Assembly: GCA_965205975.1 (NCBI GenBank)
Contig: OZ242195.1
Coordinates: 1,344,001 to 1,408,000, forward strand
Direction: 5' to 3'
DNA from: Candidatus Latescibacterota bacterium
GTDB taxonomy: Bacteria > Latescibacterota > UBA2968
Length of the DNA stretch: 64,000 nt
This document shows positions 17,657-28,657 of this stretch, piece after piece. The stretch's first letter is position 1; each line of letters opens with the position of its first letter. The notes beneath the pieces were generated by a model, which was not told the origin of the DNA, ran no database searches, and was given only the letters and a program-made list of their open reading frames with translations. Position numbers and translations under genes: made by a program.

Positions 17657-18403
17657 ATGGATAATGAAATTCGCATTCACTATGTCAGCCATTTTCTCAA
17701 GCTGAGTTTGTGGTATGCGCGTTTTTTGATGGAACGGGAGGGGATTGCGTTTGAAGATGCGGTTACTTCTCGGGTCAATGTGTATCGCAATACGGATTTT
17801 TTCGATGGTGAGTGCCACCCGGCACGGGGATATAAAGACCCTGATTGGGACGACTGTTTGAAGGGGTTGAAGGCTATTTTCGATCGCTGTGAGGGCGAGG
17901 CCTGGGAAGAAAAAGGGCTGGCCTATTTGTGGCCCCGCGTGAAAAAGGATTATAGCAGACCTTCGACAAAGGGACGTCCTTACGAATGTTGGACATATGA
18001 CGATGGCGATGATTATATCGCGATCCACATTGGCAATGTGTATCAACCCAAATCGCCTTTGAGTGAAATGCGAGATGCATTTATGGGCACATTGCTGCAA
18101 TTGTTAAAGGATACACAGCAACGACGCTCCGATGTGAAGACTGTGAGGTGTGGCAGTTGGCTCAATTCTGCGCCGCCATTTCAAGATCTGTTTCCCAAAA
18201 TCTGGCGCGAGAGCGCAATAGTGAGTCCAAAAGCGGGATATACGATGGGACATTGGGGACAATTTATGGACCGCACGGGGCGGTTTCATATAAAAAATGG
18301 AGCGCATTTGCGGGCAACAGGGGAGTTTCTATATCCCTGTTCGACCTGTTATGCACCGATTGATGAGATTGTAGCGCATCTGGAGGCTATGGTGGAGGGC
18401 TGA
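17657..18403 (+). CDS. hypothetical protein
   Basis: 248-aa ORF with AAGGA RBS; CGSWLN and GHWGQF motifs; family not recognised. Confidence 0.8.
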   Translation: MDNEIRIHYVSHFLKLSLWYARFLMEREGIAFEDAVTSRVNVYRNTDFFDGECHPARGYKDPDWDDCLKGLKAIFDRCEGEAWEEKGLAYLWPRVKKDYSRPSTKGRPYECWTYDDGDDYIAIHIGNVYQPKSPLSEMRDAFMGTLLQLLKDTQQRRSDVKTVRCGSWLNSAPPFQDLFPKIWRESAIVSPKAGYTMGHWGQFMDRTGRFHIKNGAHLRATGEFLYPCSTCYAPIDEIVAHLEAMVEG

Positions 18404-18491
18404 ACGAATCAACGAATCAACGAATCGAAGCCCGTAACGACTTTGGGTGGCGGGGTGGGATTCGTCTATTCGTCTATTCGTCTATTCGTCT
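18403..18491. repeat. octamer-arm repeat element, copy A
   Basis: (AACGAATC)3 - G-rich core - (TTCGTCTA)~4. Confidence 0.85.
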
Positions 18492-19718
18492 TTCCAGAGT
18501 CTCGGGGACGAGGAAGAGGAAGATCCCCGCGGCGGAAAGGCCAATGCCTGCAATAGCCAGAGCAGCGGGCGATAGGCCGAGGAAGTCGGCGACATAACCG
18601 ACACATACGGGGCCAGACATGCGCCCGCCGTCGCCGATGAGGCGCCAGAGGCCCAAAAATTCGCTCAGGGCATCGCGGGGTGCGAGGTCGGCTCCCAGGG
18701 TCATCATGGCTCCTGAACTGAGGCCATTGCCAAATCCGAGCAGACTGGCGGCAAGGAGGAGGGCGATAAATTCTCCTGTGATGAGGTCGAGAAAGAAAAA
18801 GGACAGATTGAGGTGGGGAGCAAAGGATTCTGTGAGTGGGATAAGTGCCATGCCAATGGCTTGTAGCGCGAAGCTGGGTACATTGGCGAATTTGCGTCCA
18901 AAGCGATCCATGATGACCCCGGCGGGATAGAACATCATCATGTCGATAAAGCCCGAGATTGACATGATGAGACCGATTTGTTCATATCCCAGATCGAGGA
19001 CTTCAGCGCCGTAAAGCGGTATGATGATATAGCGACCACTGCGAATCGTTTGGGCAAAGAGCTGACCAGTACCTGCGGTGATCAGATTTTTTCTGTGAGC
19101 GTGAAAGATGTTGGCAAAGTGTCTCACAAGGCCGTGTTGCGGTGGCGATACGCGCTTGCGAGAGGCTTCAACGGCGATTGCCGCGACCACTGCGGCTAAG
19201 AGTGAAATACAGCCATAAACGAGAAATGGATATTCTACGGAGGTGGCCGAGGCAATATAGCCACCGATGACAGGTCCCAAAAAGGTGCCGATACGGCTGA
19301 TGCCACCAAAGACAGAGAGGGCACGGCCCCTCTGGTGGACGGCTGTGGCATCGGCCAAATAGGCATATCGCGAGATGTCCCAAAGTGCGCCGCCAATGCC
19401 TCCCACAAAGCGCAGCAAGAAGACCACAAAGATGGTGGGTGCGAAAAAGAGGCCCGCGCCGCACAGTGCAACTGTTATTACCCCCAATAGCATCGCGGAT
19501 TTGCGACCAATGCGGTTGAGCACCATGGCCGCGGGCAGGTCGCCAACGAGATGGCCGATACCCTCAGCAGCGAGTACGAGACCGACGAGGCCGTAGGAAA
19601 TGTCAAACGACTTGGCGTAGAGTGGCAATATGGGGACGATCAGGCCACTGCCCAGTCTGAGTAGAAATGTGGGGATAAAGACGGGGAGGATAAGGGGGTT
19701 GCGGATAATGGCATTCAT
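18474..19718 (-). CDS. MFS transporter
   Basis: About 12 TM segments, NRIGRK and MDRFGRK loop motifs. Confidence 0.92.
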   Translation of the reverse strand: MNAIIRNPLILPVFIPTFLLRLGSGLIVPILPLYAKSFDISYGLVGLVLAAEGIGHLVGDLPAAMVLNRIGRKSAMLLGVITVALCGAGLFFAPTIFVVFLLRFVGGIGGALWDISRYAYLADATAVHQRGRALSVFGGISRIGTFLGPVIGGYIASATSVEYPFLVYGCISLLAAVVAAIAVEASRKRVSPPQHGLVRHFANIFHAHRKNLITAGTGQLFAQTIRSGRYIIIPLYGAEVLDLGYEQIGLIMSISGFIDMMMFYPAGVIMDRFGRKFANVPSFALQAIGMALIPLTESFAPHLNLSFFFLDLITGEFIALLLAASLLGFGNGLSSGAMMTLGADLAPRDALSEFLGLWRLIGDGGRMSGPVCVGYVADFLGLSPAALAIAGIGLSAAGIFLFLVPETLERRIDE

Positions 19719-19763
19719 TGAACTAAAAAACGAAAATAGGAAGCAAAAAGCAACCACAACACA

Positions 19764-20495
19764 ATGGATTTTCCAATACGCGAAATATGCTATGCGAGCA
19801 GTATTTTTTGGATTGCGGGTAGCTTACAGGGGTTGACAGGGTTTGGGTTTAACCTGCTTTCTGTGCCAGCGATGGTTTTGTGGTTTCCCGCACAGGTGGT
19901 TGTGCCCGGGGTTTTGTTGTCTTATTTGCCTTTGGGCACAGGACAGTTTATTCAACTGTGGCGAGATGTAGATTGGAAGGTGCTGGGGATGATTGTGGGT
20001 ACTGCGATTCTGGGCATGCCTATCGGTGCGTTTATTTTACGCGATACAGATGCAGAGGTGATGAAGCGCGCCATTGGTCTGGCGATGGTGGTATTGGCAA
20101 TTGTTTTGCAATTGCGACCGGGTAATCCATTTCGACATGATGCACTGACCTGTGGGGGGGTGGGGATGTTCAGTGGTTTTTTATCCTCCAGTATCGGCGT
20201 ATCTGGACCGCCTATCGTTCTGTTTGGGCTGAAACAGCGCTGGCCGCAGGCGATGATGCGCGCAACGCTTTTGACCTGTTTTTTGTGTACTTCCACGTTG
20301 AGTCTCTGCGTGTTGTGGGCAGTGGGGGTGTTGACGCTTGAGAGTTTGCAATTCGTCCTCTGGGGGGCACCGGGTTTAATTTTGGGATTTTTGACCGCGA
20401 CTTATCTCCGCGCGCGGGTTCACCAGGTGGCGGTGTTTCGCTGGATATCGATTGGGATGGTGATGGCTGGCGGATTGGCCGCGGCGATTTTTTGA
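19764..20495 (+). CDS. TauE/SafE sulfite-exporter family membrane protein
   Basis: QGLTGFGFNL and GVSGPP repeat motifs; multiple TM segments. Confidence 0.88.
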   Translation: MDFPIREICYASSIFWIAGSLQGLTGFGFNLLSVPAMVLWFPAQVVVPGVLLSYLPLGTGQFIQLWRDVDWKVLGMIVGTAILGMPIGAFILRDTDAEVMKRAIGLAMVVLAIVLQLRPGNPFRHDALTCGGVGMFSGFLSSSIGVSGPPIVLFGLKQRWPQAMMRATLLTCFLCTSTLSLCVLWAVGVLTLESLQFVLWGAPGLILGFLTATYLRARVHQVAVFRWISIGMVMAGGLAAAIF

Positions 20496-20617
20496 TGATG
20501 AGCAAGTGCGTGCCTGTCAGTTGATAAAACTCAACGGCCTGTTGATTGGTCAGGCACGCTATTTATTTTATCTTTGTCCTCGACTTTTTCCTCTTCAACC
20601 GAATAAGAGAAAGATGT

Positions 20618-23600
20618 ATGCGTGATATAGATACAACCATTCGCAACTTGATGTCAGAGCGCATTTTACTGCTCGATGGGGCGATGGCTACGATGATTCA
20701 GGCTTATGATCTGGACGAGCAGGCGTTTCGAGGCGATGGCTTTGTCGATCATTCCGTTGATGTGAAGGGGTGTAGCGATCTCTTGTGTCTGACGCAGCCG
20801 CATTTGATCGCGGATGTTCATCGGCGTTTTTTGGATGCTGGAGCGGATATTATCGAGACAAATACGTTTAATGCCACGCCGATTTCAATGGCGGAGTACC
20901 AGCTTCAGGACCGAGTTTACGATCTGAATGTGGCAGCCGCTCGCGTTGCGCGACAAGCAGCGGATGAGGTAACAAGACAAAATCCGAACAAGCCGCGATT
21001 TGTTGCGGGTGCTCTGGGACCAACGAGTTGTACGCTTTCGCTGTCGCCCAATGTGAATGACCCGGCTTTTCGCACGCACACCTTTGAAGATGTTGTCAAG
21101 GGGTATTACGCGCAGATTGAGGGTTTGATGGCAGGGGGAGTGGATATAATCCTGGTGGAGACGGTGTTTGATACACTCACGGCAAAAGCCGCGCTATTTG
21201 CTGTGTCGCGTTATTTCTCGGATTACGGTATAAAAGTGCCCGTGATGATTTCTGGCACAGTGGCCGATCAAAGTGGACGCACGTTATCCGGACAGACGAT
21301 AGAGGCATTCTGGTTGTCGATGGCGCACGCACAACCCTTGAGTGTGGGGATTAACTGCGCTCTCGGTGCGCGGGAAATGCGACCTTATGTGGAGGCTTTG
21401 TCGCATTTTGCACCGGCGTTTATGAGTTGTTATCCCAATGCGGGGTTGCCCAATGAGTTTGGGGAATACGATGATTCTCCGGAGCATATGGCGGGTGTTT
21501 TGGGCGATTTTGCCGCGCAGGGTTGGCTCAATATCGTGGGCGGATGCTGTGGCACTACGCCCGAATATATCGCTGCGATTGCCGAGGCTGTATCCGATAA
21601 GGCACCGAGAAAAATTCCCGAGCGGCCTTCTGTGTCGCGCTTTAGCGGTTTGGAGCCGATGATTATTTATCCGGATTCCAATTTTATTATGATTGGCGAG
21701 CGCACCAATGTAACGGGGTCGCGACGTTTTGCGCGGTTGATCAAAACGGGTGATTATGCGGCGGCACTGGCAGTTGCGCGAGAGCAGGTGGTCGGTGGCG
21801 CGAATATGATTGATGTCAATATGGACGAGGGATTGCTCAATTCAAAAGATGCTATGGCGACGTTTTTAAAGCTGATTGCGGGCGAACCCGATATTGCGCG
21901 CGTGCCAATCGTGATTGACAGTTCCGATTTTGAAGTGATCGAGGCAGGGTTAAAATGTGTGCAAGGCAAGGCGATTGTCAATTCCATCAGTTTGAAAGAG
22001 GGCGAGGCGGTTTTTAAGTCGCAGGCAGAAACCGTGTTGCGCTATGGTGCTGCGGTTGTGGTAATGGCGTTTGATGAGAAGGGGCAGGCGACGTCGATTG
22101 AAGATAAGGTGCGGATTTGCCAGCGTGCATATCGCATTTTGACAGAAGATGTGGGGATGGATGCATCGGATATTATTTTTGATCCGAATATTCTGACCGT
22201 TGCAACGGGTATTGAAGAGCATAACGGTTATGCAGTCAATTTTATCGAGGCAGTGAAGCAGATCAAAGATTTGTGCCCGGGCGCGAAAACGAGTGGTGGC
22301 GTGAGCAATATTTCATTCTCTTTTCGGGGCAATGATTATGTGCGGGAGGCGATTCACGCGGCTTTTTTGTATCACGCCATTCAAGCGGGGCTGGATATGG
22401 GCATTGTCAATGCCGGACAGTTAATGGTGTATGAGGAAATCCCCGAAAATTTGCGCGTGCTGATCGAAGATGTGTTGTTCAACAGGCGGGAAGATGCAAC
22501 GGAACGGCTGGTGGATTTTGCCGAGTCAGTGCGGTCAGAGGGCAAGAGCCGTGAAAAAGACGATGCATGGCGACAGGGGGCGGTTGAAGATCGCTTGAAG
22601 CACGCGCTGTTGCACGGGCAGTCAGAGCATCTGGAAGAGGATCTGGAGGAGGCACTTGGGAAGTACAAACCACTGGAGATGATTGAAGGTCCGTTGATGG
22701 ATGGGATGAATGTGGTGGGCGATTTGTTTGGCGCAGGCAAAATGTTTTTGCCCCAGGTGGTCAAAACAGCGCGCGTGATGAAGCAGGCGGTGGCGTATCT
22801 CGAGCCTTTGATGGAGGATGATAAAGCAGGCGGCGGGGCGCGGGGTAAGGTTCTGATGGCGACGGTGAAGGGGGATGTACACGATATTGGCAAGAATATT
22901 GTGGGCGTGGTTTTGGGGTGCAATAATTACGAGGTGATCGATCTGGGGGTGATGGTGCCCGCGGATCGCATTTTGAAAGTTGCGCGCGAAAAGGCGGTCG
23001 ATATCATCGGGTTGAGCGGTTTGATTACGCCGTCGCTCAATGAGATGGTCCACGTTGCAGGGGAGATGCAGCGCGAAGCGTTTGACGTACCCCTTTTAAT
23101 TGGGGGAGCGACCACGAGCCGCAAGCATACGGCGGTAAAAATTGCGCCGGTTTACGATTATGCAACCGTGCATGTGAAGGATGCTTCACGCGCAACAGGC
23201 GTGGTGGGTACGCTGTTGAACACAGAGCAGCGCGACGAGTATGTGCAGGCAAATCGCGAGTCGCAGCAGCGGGCACTGGCGGAGTTTAATATTTCTCAAA
23301 GGCCGCTTATTTCGTACTCGGATGCACTGGCGCGTCGCCAGACGTTTGATTGGACACAGATTGATCTTCCCAGGCCGAGTTTTACAGATGTTCAGGCTTT
23401 GCGCGATTTCCCAATTTCTCAACTGGTCGAGTTTATCGACTGGGGACCGTTTTTTCATGCCTGGGAGTTGCGGGGCAGTTATCCGAAGATATTAAATGAT
23501 CCTCACAAGGGCGCAGAGGCGCGCAAATTATTCGACGATGCGCAGACGATGCTTCAGGCGATTGCCGATGAGGGATGGCTCAAGGCACAGGCTGTGTACG

Positions 23601-24274
23601 GATTTTTCCCTGCAAATACCGATGGGGACGATATTGTGGTGTTTGAGAACGAGCACAGAGATGCCGAGCGGGCGCGGTTGCCGATGTTGCGCCAGCAGCA
23701 AGAAAAACGCGGGGGGGGACCATATTTTTCACTGGCCGATTTTGTCGCGCCAGCCGGATATACGGATTATATCGGGGCATTTGCCGTGACTGCGGGTTTG
23801 GGTGTTGACGCAAAAGCTGCGGCGTTTAAGGACGCGCTGGACGATTACAATGCCATTTTGCTTCAGGCTATAGCGGATCGTCTGGCTGAGGCATTTGCCG
23901 AGTGTTTGCACGCAAAGGCGCGGAGAGATTGGGGCTATGGTCTGGATGAGGCGTTGAGCAATGAGGATTTGATCAGGGAGAGATATCGCGGTATTCGCCC
24001 TGCGCCCGGTTATCCCGCTTGCCCGGATCACACGGAGAAGGAGACTTTGTTTGATTTGCTCGGGGTTGAGAAAGAGACGGATATTCGGTTGACGGAGAAT
24101 TTTGCGATGTCTCCAGCGGCTTCGGTCAGCGGCTGGTATTTCGCACATCCCGATGCGCGCTATTTCGCCGTGGGCAAGATCAACGCGGATCAGGTGGCCG
24201 ATTACGCACGGCGGAAGGGAATGCATAAGGCGGAGATGGAGCGCTGGCTGGTGCCGAATTTGGGGTATAAGTAG
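20618..24274 (+). CDS. metH: cobalamin-dependent methionine synthase
   Basis: [47 protein letters not shown]. Confidence 0.98.
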   Translation: MRDIDTTIRNLMSERILLLDGAMATMIQAYDLDEQAFRGDGFVDHSVDVKGCSDLLCLTQPHLIADVHRRFLDAGADIIETNTFNATPISMAEYQLQDRVYDLNVAAARVARQAADEVTRQNPNKPRFVAGALGPTSCTLSLSPNVNDPAFRTHTFEDVVKGYYAQIEGLMAGGVDIILVETVFDTLTAKAALFAVSRYFSDYGIKVPVMISGTVADQSGRTLSGQTIEAFWLSMAHAQPLSVGINCALGAREMRPYVEALSHFAPAFMSCYPNAGLPNEFGEYDDSPEHMAGVLGDFAAQGWLNIVGGCCGTTPEYIAAIAEAVSDKAPRKIPERPSVSRFSGLEPMIIYPDSNFIMIGERTNVTGSRRFARLIKTGDYAAALAVAREQVVGGANMIDVNMDEGLLNSKDAMATFLKLIAGEPDIARVPIVIDSSDFEVIEAGLKCVQGKAIVNSISLKEGEAVFKSQAETVLRYGAAVVVMAFDEKGQATSIEDKVRICQRAYRILTEDVGMDASDIIFDPNILTVATGIEEHNGYAVNFIEAVKQIKDLCPGAKTSGGVSNISFSFRGNDYVREAIHAAFLYHAIQAGLDMGIVNAGQLMVYEEIPENLRVLIEDVLFNRREDATERLVDFAESVRSEGKSREKDDAWRQGAVEDRLKHALLHGQSEHLEEDLEEALGKYKPLEMIEGPLMDGMNVVGDLFGAGKMFLPQVVKTARVMKQAVAYLEPLMEDDKAGGGARGKVLMATVKGDVHDIGKNIVGVVLGCNNYEVIDLGVMVPADRILKVAREKAVDIIGLSGLITPSLNEMVHVAGEMQREAFDVPLLIGGATTSRKHTAVKIAPVYDYATVHVKDASRATGVVGTLLNTEQRDEYVQANRESQQRALAEFNISQRPLISYSDALARRQTFDWTQIDLPRPSFTDVQALRDFPISQLVEFIDWGPFFHAWELRGSYPKILNDPHKGAEARKLFDDAQTMLQAIADEGWLKAQAVYGFFPANTDGDDIVVFENEHRDAERARLPMLRQQQEKRGGGPYFSLADFVAPAGYTDYIGAFAVTAGLGVDAKAAAFKDALDDYNAILLQAIADRLAEAFAECLHAKARRDWGYGLDEALSNEDLIRERYRGIRPAPGYPACPDHTEKETLFDLLGVEKETDIRLTENFAMSPAASVSGWYFAHPDARYFAVGKINADQVADYARRKGMHKAEMERWLVPNLGYK

Positions 24275-24275
24275 T

Positions 24276-24309
24276 ATCCGCAGATGTACGCAGATAAACG
24301 CAGATGAAA
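24276..24309 (+). repeat. ATCCGCAGAT repeat copy 3
   Basis: ATCCGCAGATGTACGCAGATAAACGCAGATGAAA directly after the metH stop. Confidence 0.8.
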
Positions 24310-24318
24310 GACGAGAAT

Positions 24319-24747
24319 ATGAACAAGGCTTATGTTGAGTGGCGAGATGAAGGCTATTGGATTGCGAATAGCCGGGTCTCGCTGGATACCATCGTTTATT
24401 CATTTTTAGATGGACAATCTCCTGAGAGTATTGCCCAATCGCTTCCCGCACTGACACTTGAACAGGTCTATGGAGCTATTGCGTTCTATCTTGCTCATCA
24501 AGCAGAAATTGAGATATATCTTGAGAGAGCGAAAGCAGATTTTGATACAAGGCGAAAAGCGTCCAGGGATTCAGACCCTGTATTTTATCAGAAATTAGCG
24601 GATGCACGACATCGCGGTGAGACAATTCAGATACTTTGGAGCCATATTGAGTCTCGTCTCAATTCATCATTCCCAGAATGGCAAGAGCATATTGATAGCT
24701 TCGGTCAAGTAGCAGCCATTGAGAAGAGAATAGATGGCAAGACTTGG
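24319..24747 (+). pseudogene. DUF433-domain protein with C-terminal extension, interrupted by IS3
   Basis: IANSRVSLDTIV..GQSPESI..LTLEQVYGAIAFYL; reading frame runs into the IS left end at 24748. Confidence 0.75.
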
Positions 24748-24824
24748 TGTTATGCTTCAGATAGAAATGGACTTTTGTGGTGCATTGATAAGCTATAAAT
24801 TGGGCTGTCCCCAAGGAGGAGTCC

Positions 24825-25133
24825 ATGTCGAAGAAGCGTAAGCAATATTCTCCCGAAGAGAAGGTGTCGATTTTGCGTCGTCATCTGTTAGATGGCGTGC
24901 CCGTGTCAGATTTGTGTGATGCACACGGGATTCACCCGACGATGTTCTACCAGTGGCAGAAGGTGTTTTTCGAGCAAGGTACCTCAGCCTTTGCGCCAAA
25001 GCAGAGTGTGCATGAGAAACAGCAGGCGAGAAAGATTGCTGTCTTAGAGGCCAAATTGGCAACAAAGAACGAAGTGTTGTCAGAACTGATGGAAGAGCAC
25101 ATTTTTCTAAAAAAAAGTCTTGGGGAGACCTGA
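24825..25133 (+). CDS. IS3 transposase OrfA (HTH)
   Basis: RKQYSPEEKVSIL..VSDLCDAHGIHPTMFYQW; GGAGGAG RBS. Confidence 0.9.
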   Translation: MSKKRKQYSPEEKVSILRRHLLDGVPVSDLCDAHGIHPTMFYQWQKVFFEQGTSAFAPKQSVHEKQQARKIAVLEAKLATKNEVLSELMEEHIFLKKSLGET

Positions 25134-25168
25134 GTCAACGTCCGATTTCGAGGGTCATTCGCGATGCG

Positions 25169-26101
25169 GTGATTGATTTTGTGGTCCATTGGCACAAGCA
25201 AACCGGTATCTTTATCGGTCAGTTTTTATCCTTATTAGGGTTATCTACAAGCACATATTATGACTGGAAAGCCCGGTATGGTGCGCCCAATGGCACTTAT
25301 GGGTCACTGCCCAAGAGTTCCTGGCTCTTGGACTGGGAGAAGCAAGCCATTATCACTTATGCCATAGCGCACCCCGACCAGGGGTATCGTCGTTTGGCGT
25401 ATCAGATGATAGATGAAGATGTTGTAGCTGTTTCACCCAGTAGCGTGTATCGCGTGCTCAAAGGCGCCGATCTGCTTAGTCGAACTTTAAAAAAGGTCTC
25501 AAAGAAGGGGACAGGATTTGACCAGCCAACACGGGCACACCAGCACTGGCATGTGGATGTATCCTATTTGAATATCTGCGGGACCTTCTACTACTTATGT
25601 GCCCTTTTAGATGGCTATAGTCGCTTTCTCGTCCATTTTGAGATTCGAGAAGCGATGCGAGAAGCAGATGTCGAGATCATTATTCAAAGAGGCAGAGAAA
25701 AGTTCCCCAACGTCAGGCCGCGTATCATCTCGGACAATGGTCCACAGTTTATTGCCCTTGCCTTCAAGTCCTTTATCAGACACTGCGGGATGACCCATGT
25801 GCGCACTTCGCCGTTTTATCCGCAATCCAATGGCAAGATCGAGCGGTGGCACCAGTCGCTCAAGCGCGAGTGTATTCGTCCCAAAACACCGACGAATTTG
25901 GAGGAGGCGCGAGAAGTGGTTGCCAGATTTGTCGCGCATTACAACCACAAGAGATACCACGCCAGCATCGGGTATATCGCGCCTGTTGATAAACTGTGTG
26001 GTCGAGCACCACTTATTTTTCGAGAACGAAAACGCAAGTTGGCGCAAGCAAAATGCTTGCGTGCCCAACTCAGAGCCGTCAAACCCGTTGCCCATTTGTA
26101 G
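25169..26101 (+). CDS. IS3 transposase OrfB (DDE integrase core)
   Basis: WHVDVSY, SDNGPQF, PQSNGKIERWH, YNHKRYHASIGY. Confidence 0.93.
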   Translation: MIDFVVHWHKQTGIFIGQFLSLLGLSTSTYYDWKARYGAPNGTYGSLPKSSWLLDWEKQAIITYAIAHPDQGYRRLAYQMIDEDVVAVSPSSVYRVLKGADLLSRTLKKVSKKGTGFDQPTRAHQHWHVDVSYLNICGTFYYLCALLDGYSRFLVHFEIREAMREADVEIIIQRGREKFPNVRPRIISDNGPQFIALAFKSFIRHCGMTHVRTSPFYPQSNGKIERWHQSLKRECIRPKTPTNLEEAREVVARFVAHYNHKRYHASIGYIAPVDKLCGRAPLIFRERKRKLAQAKCLRAQLRAVKPVAHL

Positions 26102-26146
26102 CTTAACTACAACACCCAAAATTCCAATTTACTTTGAACCATTACA

Positions 26147-27307
26147 CAAGAGGATGCAGAAATCGCTCGCGCTTACGGTGTGCATCCCGTAAGTCTGTCA
26201 AACTGGAAACGTCAGTTTATAGACAGTGGTGCAGAGATTTTCTCTACCAATGATACCGTCAAGACGTATGAAGCGCGTGTGTCTGATCTGGAGCGCCTGT
26301 TAGGTCAGAAAGAAGTCGAACTGGCCTTGCTCAAAAATTTTTTAGGCAACCGTTGAGCGTGTCAGACAAAGTAGAACTGGTCGAAAAGCATAAAGGCAGG
26401 TATGGTCTAAATATGTGTTGCCGTGCCTTAGGCTTGTCGAAAGGGACGCTTGCCTATCGTCGTGGTCGGGCCTCTTGTTCTCAGGCAGATGAACAGATAA
26501 AGGCTGAGATCGTCACCACAATCCGGCATCACCCCGATTATGGGTATCGTCGCATCAAGGAAGACCTGATAGCGCGTGCTGGCATCGTGGTCAATCATAA
26601 GCGGTTGCGTAAGATATTGTCAACGTATGAGTTAGACTTACCTCGTCATCTGCCAAAACGCGGCAAGAATCCGGTATTGAAGCTGATAAGCCAAGTGGGA
26701 CAAGACGCCAATTTAGTTCAGAACCGCACCGTTGATCCCTTGCGAGTCTTTTGCACCGACTTTACAGAATTGCTCTATTGCCAAGGACAGAAAAAAGCGT
26801 GGTTAATGGCGTTTTTGGACATCCACACCAGGTGGATCGCAGGCTTTGGCGTGGGCGCACATCGCAACCGTGACCTGGCGATTTATTGTTTGGATCAGTT
26901 ACAAAACAACCTGAGTTGTTTGGACAGGAGACTGTCTGACATCCTCATCCATCACGACCGCGATTCGGTTTATACCTCATACGACTGGTTACATCGTGTG
27001 TTGATTGAAGAACGTGCAGGGATTTCTTTTGCGATGAATGGGGCAAAAGATAATCCGTGGATAGAGTCCTTTTGGGGACGTTTTAAGACGGAAAACAAGA
27101 CTTTGATTATGCACGCAGAATCTTTGACAGAACTTATCTGTGTGATTGGGCAACAAATGACGTATTACAATCAAGATCGAAGGCATTCTGCCTTGAGCTA
27201 CCAGACGCCACAAGAAGTGGTGCAGGCCATTCTTATGAGAAATATCACGGCTGACCCTTAGTGTAAATTAGCCTGATAACTGGTTCAAATTTTGGGTCAC
27301 AGATCCA
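26147..27307 (+). mobile_element. IS3-family element no. 2, left end deleted
   Basis: 5'-truncated orfA (..AEIARAYGVHPVSLSNWKRQF..LLKNFLGNR*), intact orfB, right end ...TTTTGGGTCACAGATCCA (TGGAT-type terminus). Confidence 0.85.
26353..27261 (+). CDS. IS3 transposase OrfB
   Basis: YGYRRI, VNHKRL, CTDFT, HHDRDS, DNPWIESFWGRFKTE, YNQDRRHSAL. Confidence 0.9.
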   Translation: MSVSDKVELVEKHKGRYGLNMCCRALGLSKGTLAYRRGRASCSQADEQIKAEIVTTIRHHPDYGYRRIKEDLIARAGIVVNHKRLRKILSTYELDLPRHLPKRGKNPVLKLISQVGQDANLVQNRTVDPLRVFCTDFTELLYCQGQKKAWLMAFLDIHTRWIAGFGVGAHRNRDLAIYCLDQLQNNLSCLDRRLSDILIHHDRDSVYTSYDWLHRVLIEERAGISFAMNGAKDNPWIESFWGRFKTENKTLIMHAESLTELICVIGQQMTYYNQDRRHSALSYQTPQEVVQAILMRNITADP

Positions 27308-27403
27308 GCCGAAAGCGGGACACCTTGTGTATTTGGCTTGCGGAATGCTCTATTTAACCAGATCAGAGATGCAAGAAATAGTATATATTTAAGCATACTA
27401 TAG

Positions 27404-27448
27404 TTGACAAATATGACATCACATCGTATGTTTATTTGTACATACAAA
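27404..27448 (+). promoter_or_regulatory. promoter with palindromic operator upstream of RHH gene
   Basis: TTGACA-17 nt-TATGTT, then TTTGTA-CA-TACAAA palindrome. Confidence 0.55.
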
Positions 27449-27460
27449 AGGAGGACCGTC

Positions 27461-27697
27461 ATGGCAAAAAGCAAGCGTGTTGGTTTTACATTTGATGAGC
27501 GGAGTTTAAAAGCCCTGGAAGTTATGACCGCAGAGGGTAACTATAACTCGATGGCTGATACTGTTCGTGAATCTTTGCGAATCAGTCGTGCTCTTCAAAC
27601 CCAGGCGAAGCAAGGCTTTTCTGAAATCACGTTACGCAATCCCGACACAGGTGAAGAACGCGTCGTTGTCATTCCTCATTTGCAATCATTAGCTTAA
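27461..27697 (+). CDS. ribbon-helix-helix (CopG-like) DNA-binding protein
   Basis: KRVGFTFDERSLKALE..SMADTVRESL; GGAGG RBS. Confidence 0.75.
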   Translation: MAKSKRVGFTFDERSLKALEVMTAEGNYNSMADTVRESLRISRALQTQAKQGFSEITLRNPDTGEERVVVIPHLQSLA

Positions 27698-27735
27698 GAA
27701 ATCGTTATCTCACGTTTAGCCGAGCATTTTGATTT

Positions 27736-27969
27736 ATGGCAGATAAACCAGATAAAGAAATTCAATTGGACGACGATAGTGTTATTGGAGAAATAACAGA
27801 TTTTGACCAAAAAGCCGAATATGAACAAGCCATTCAAAAACAGGAAGCGGACACTACTCGAAGGCTGGCTTTTTTATCTGTTCTGATGCTTGGTGGCTAT
27901 CTTCTTCTTCACTATATCGCGACGATTGTCATTGGTATTTGGGGACCTGACAACCTGTTGACACCGTAA
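27736..27969 (+). pseudogene. membrane protein, probably truncated
   Basis: Acidic N-terminus plus one TM segment; ends where an unrelated TIR-gene frame begins. Confidence 0.5.
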
Positions 27970-28657
27970 CACCGAAATTGCCATTGCCAACACGTTTGAA
28001 GAGAACTCCCGTCATGTGAGAGACTTCACCTCAATCGACTACGTATCACCAATAGCAACCTCAGAATCAGACTATCAGTGGTGGTATATCAGCGGGCTAG
28101 AGCAGGCTACTTCCGTTTTGCAATCAATGATTGAAGAGGTCGAGGAGTATTGGGAGGATGACTCATTAGCCGCCGGAGTTTCAACATCAGATAATAAAAC
28201 AAGTCCAGAACACCTGCGTGATGTTTTCATAATTCATGGACGCGACGACGGCACGAAAGAAATCGTCGCTCGATTTATCGAGCGACTCGGGCTAAAGCCT
28301 ATTATCCTTCATGAAGAACCCGACCAAGGGCAAACGATTATTGAGAAGTTTGAACAACATGCTGAGGTTGCATTCGCAATTGCTCTCCTCACCCCGGACG
28401 ATACTGGTGGCCTGGCAGACGAAGAACAGTCTCATAAGCCACGCGCACGCCAAAATGTCATTTTTGAATTTGGATATTTTATGGGCAAGTTAGGCCGCCA
28501 GCGAGTTTGTGCGTTAAAAAAGGAGAATGTCGAGACACCTTCCGACTATGACGGTGTGTTATATATTCCCTTTGATGAATCGGGCGCATGGAGGATGAAA
28601 CTCGTGGGAGAGTTGAAGACCGCGGGACTCGACGTTGATGCAAATCGGGCATTCTGA
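27962..28657 (+). pseudogene. TIR-like nucleotide-binding domain protein (CAP12/Pycsar-type TIR), 5'-truncated
   Basis: VFIIHGRD, TIIEKFE, LLTPDD, RARQNVIFEFGYF, PSDYDG; frame open from 27962 (HRNTEIAIANTF) with no RBS or start. Confidence 0.75.

Larger units (their letters stand above)
24748..26146 (+). mobile_element. IS3-family element no. 1 (complete ends, no target duplication)
   Basis: IRL TGTTATGCTTCAGATAGAAATGGA vs IRR reverse complement TGTAATGGTTCAAAGTAAATTGGA; orfA/orfB with A8G slippery site at 25109-25117. Confidence 0.92.
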
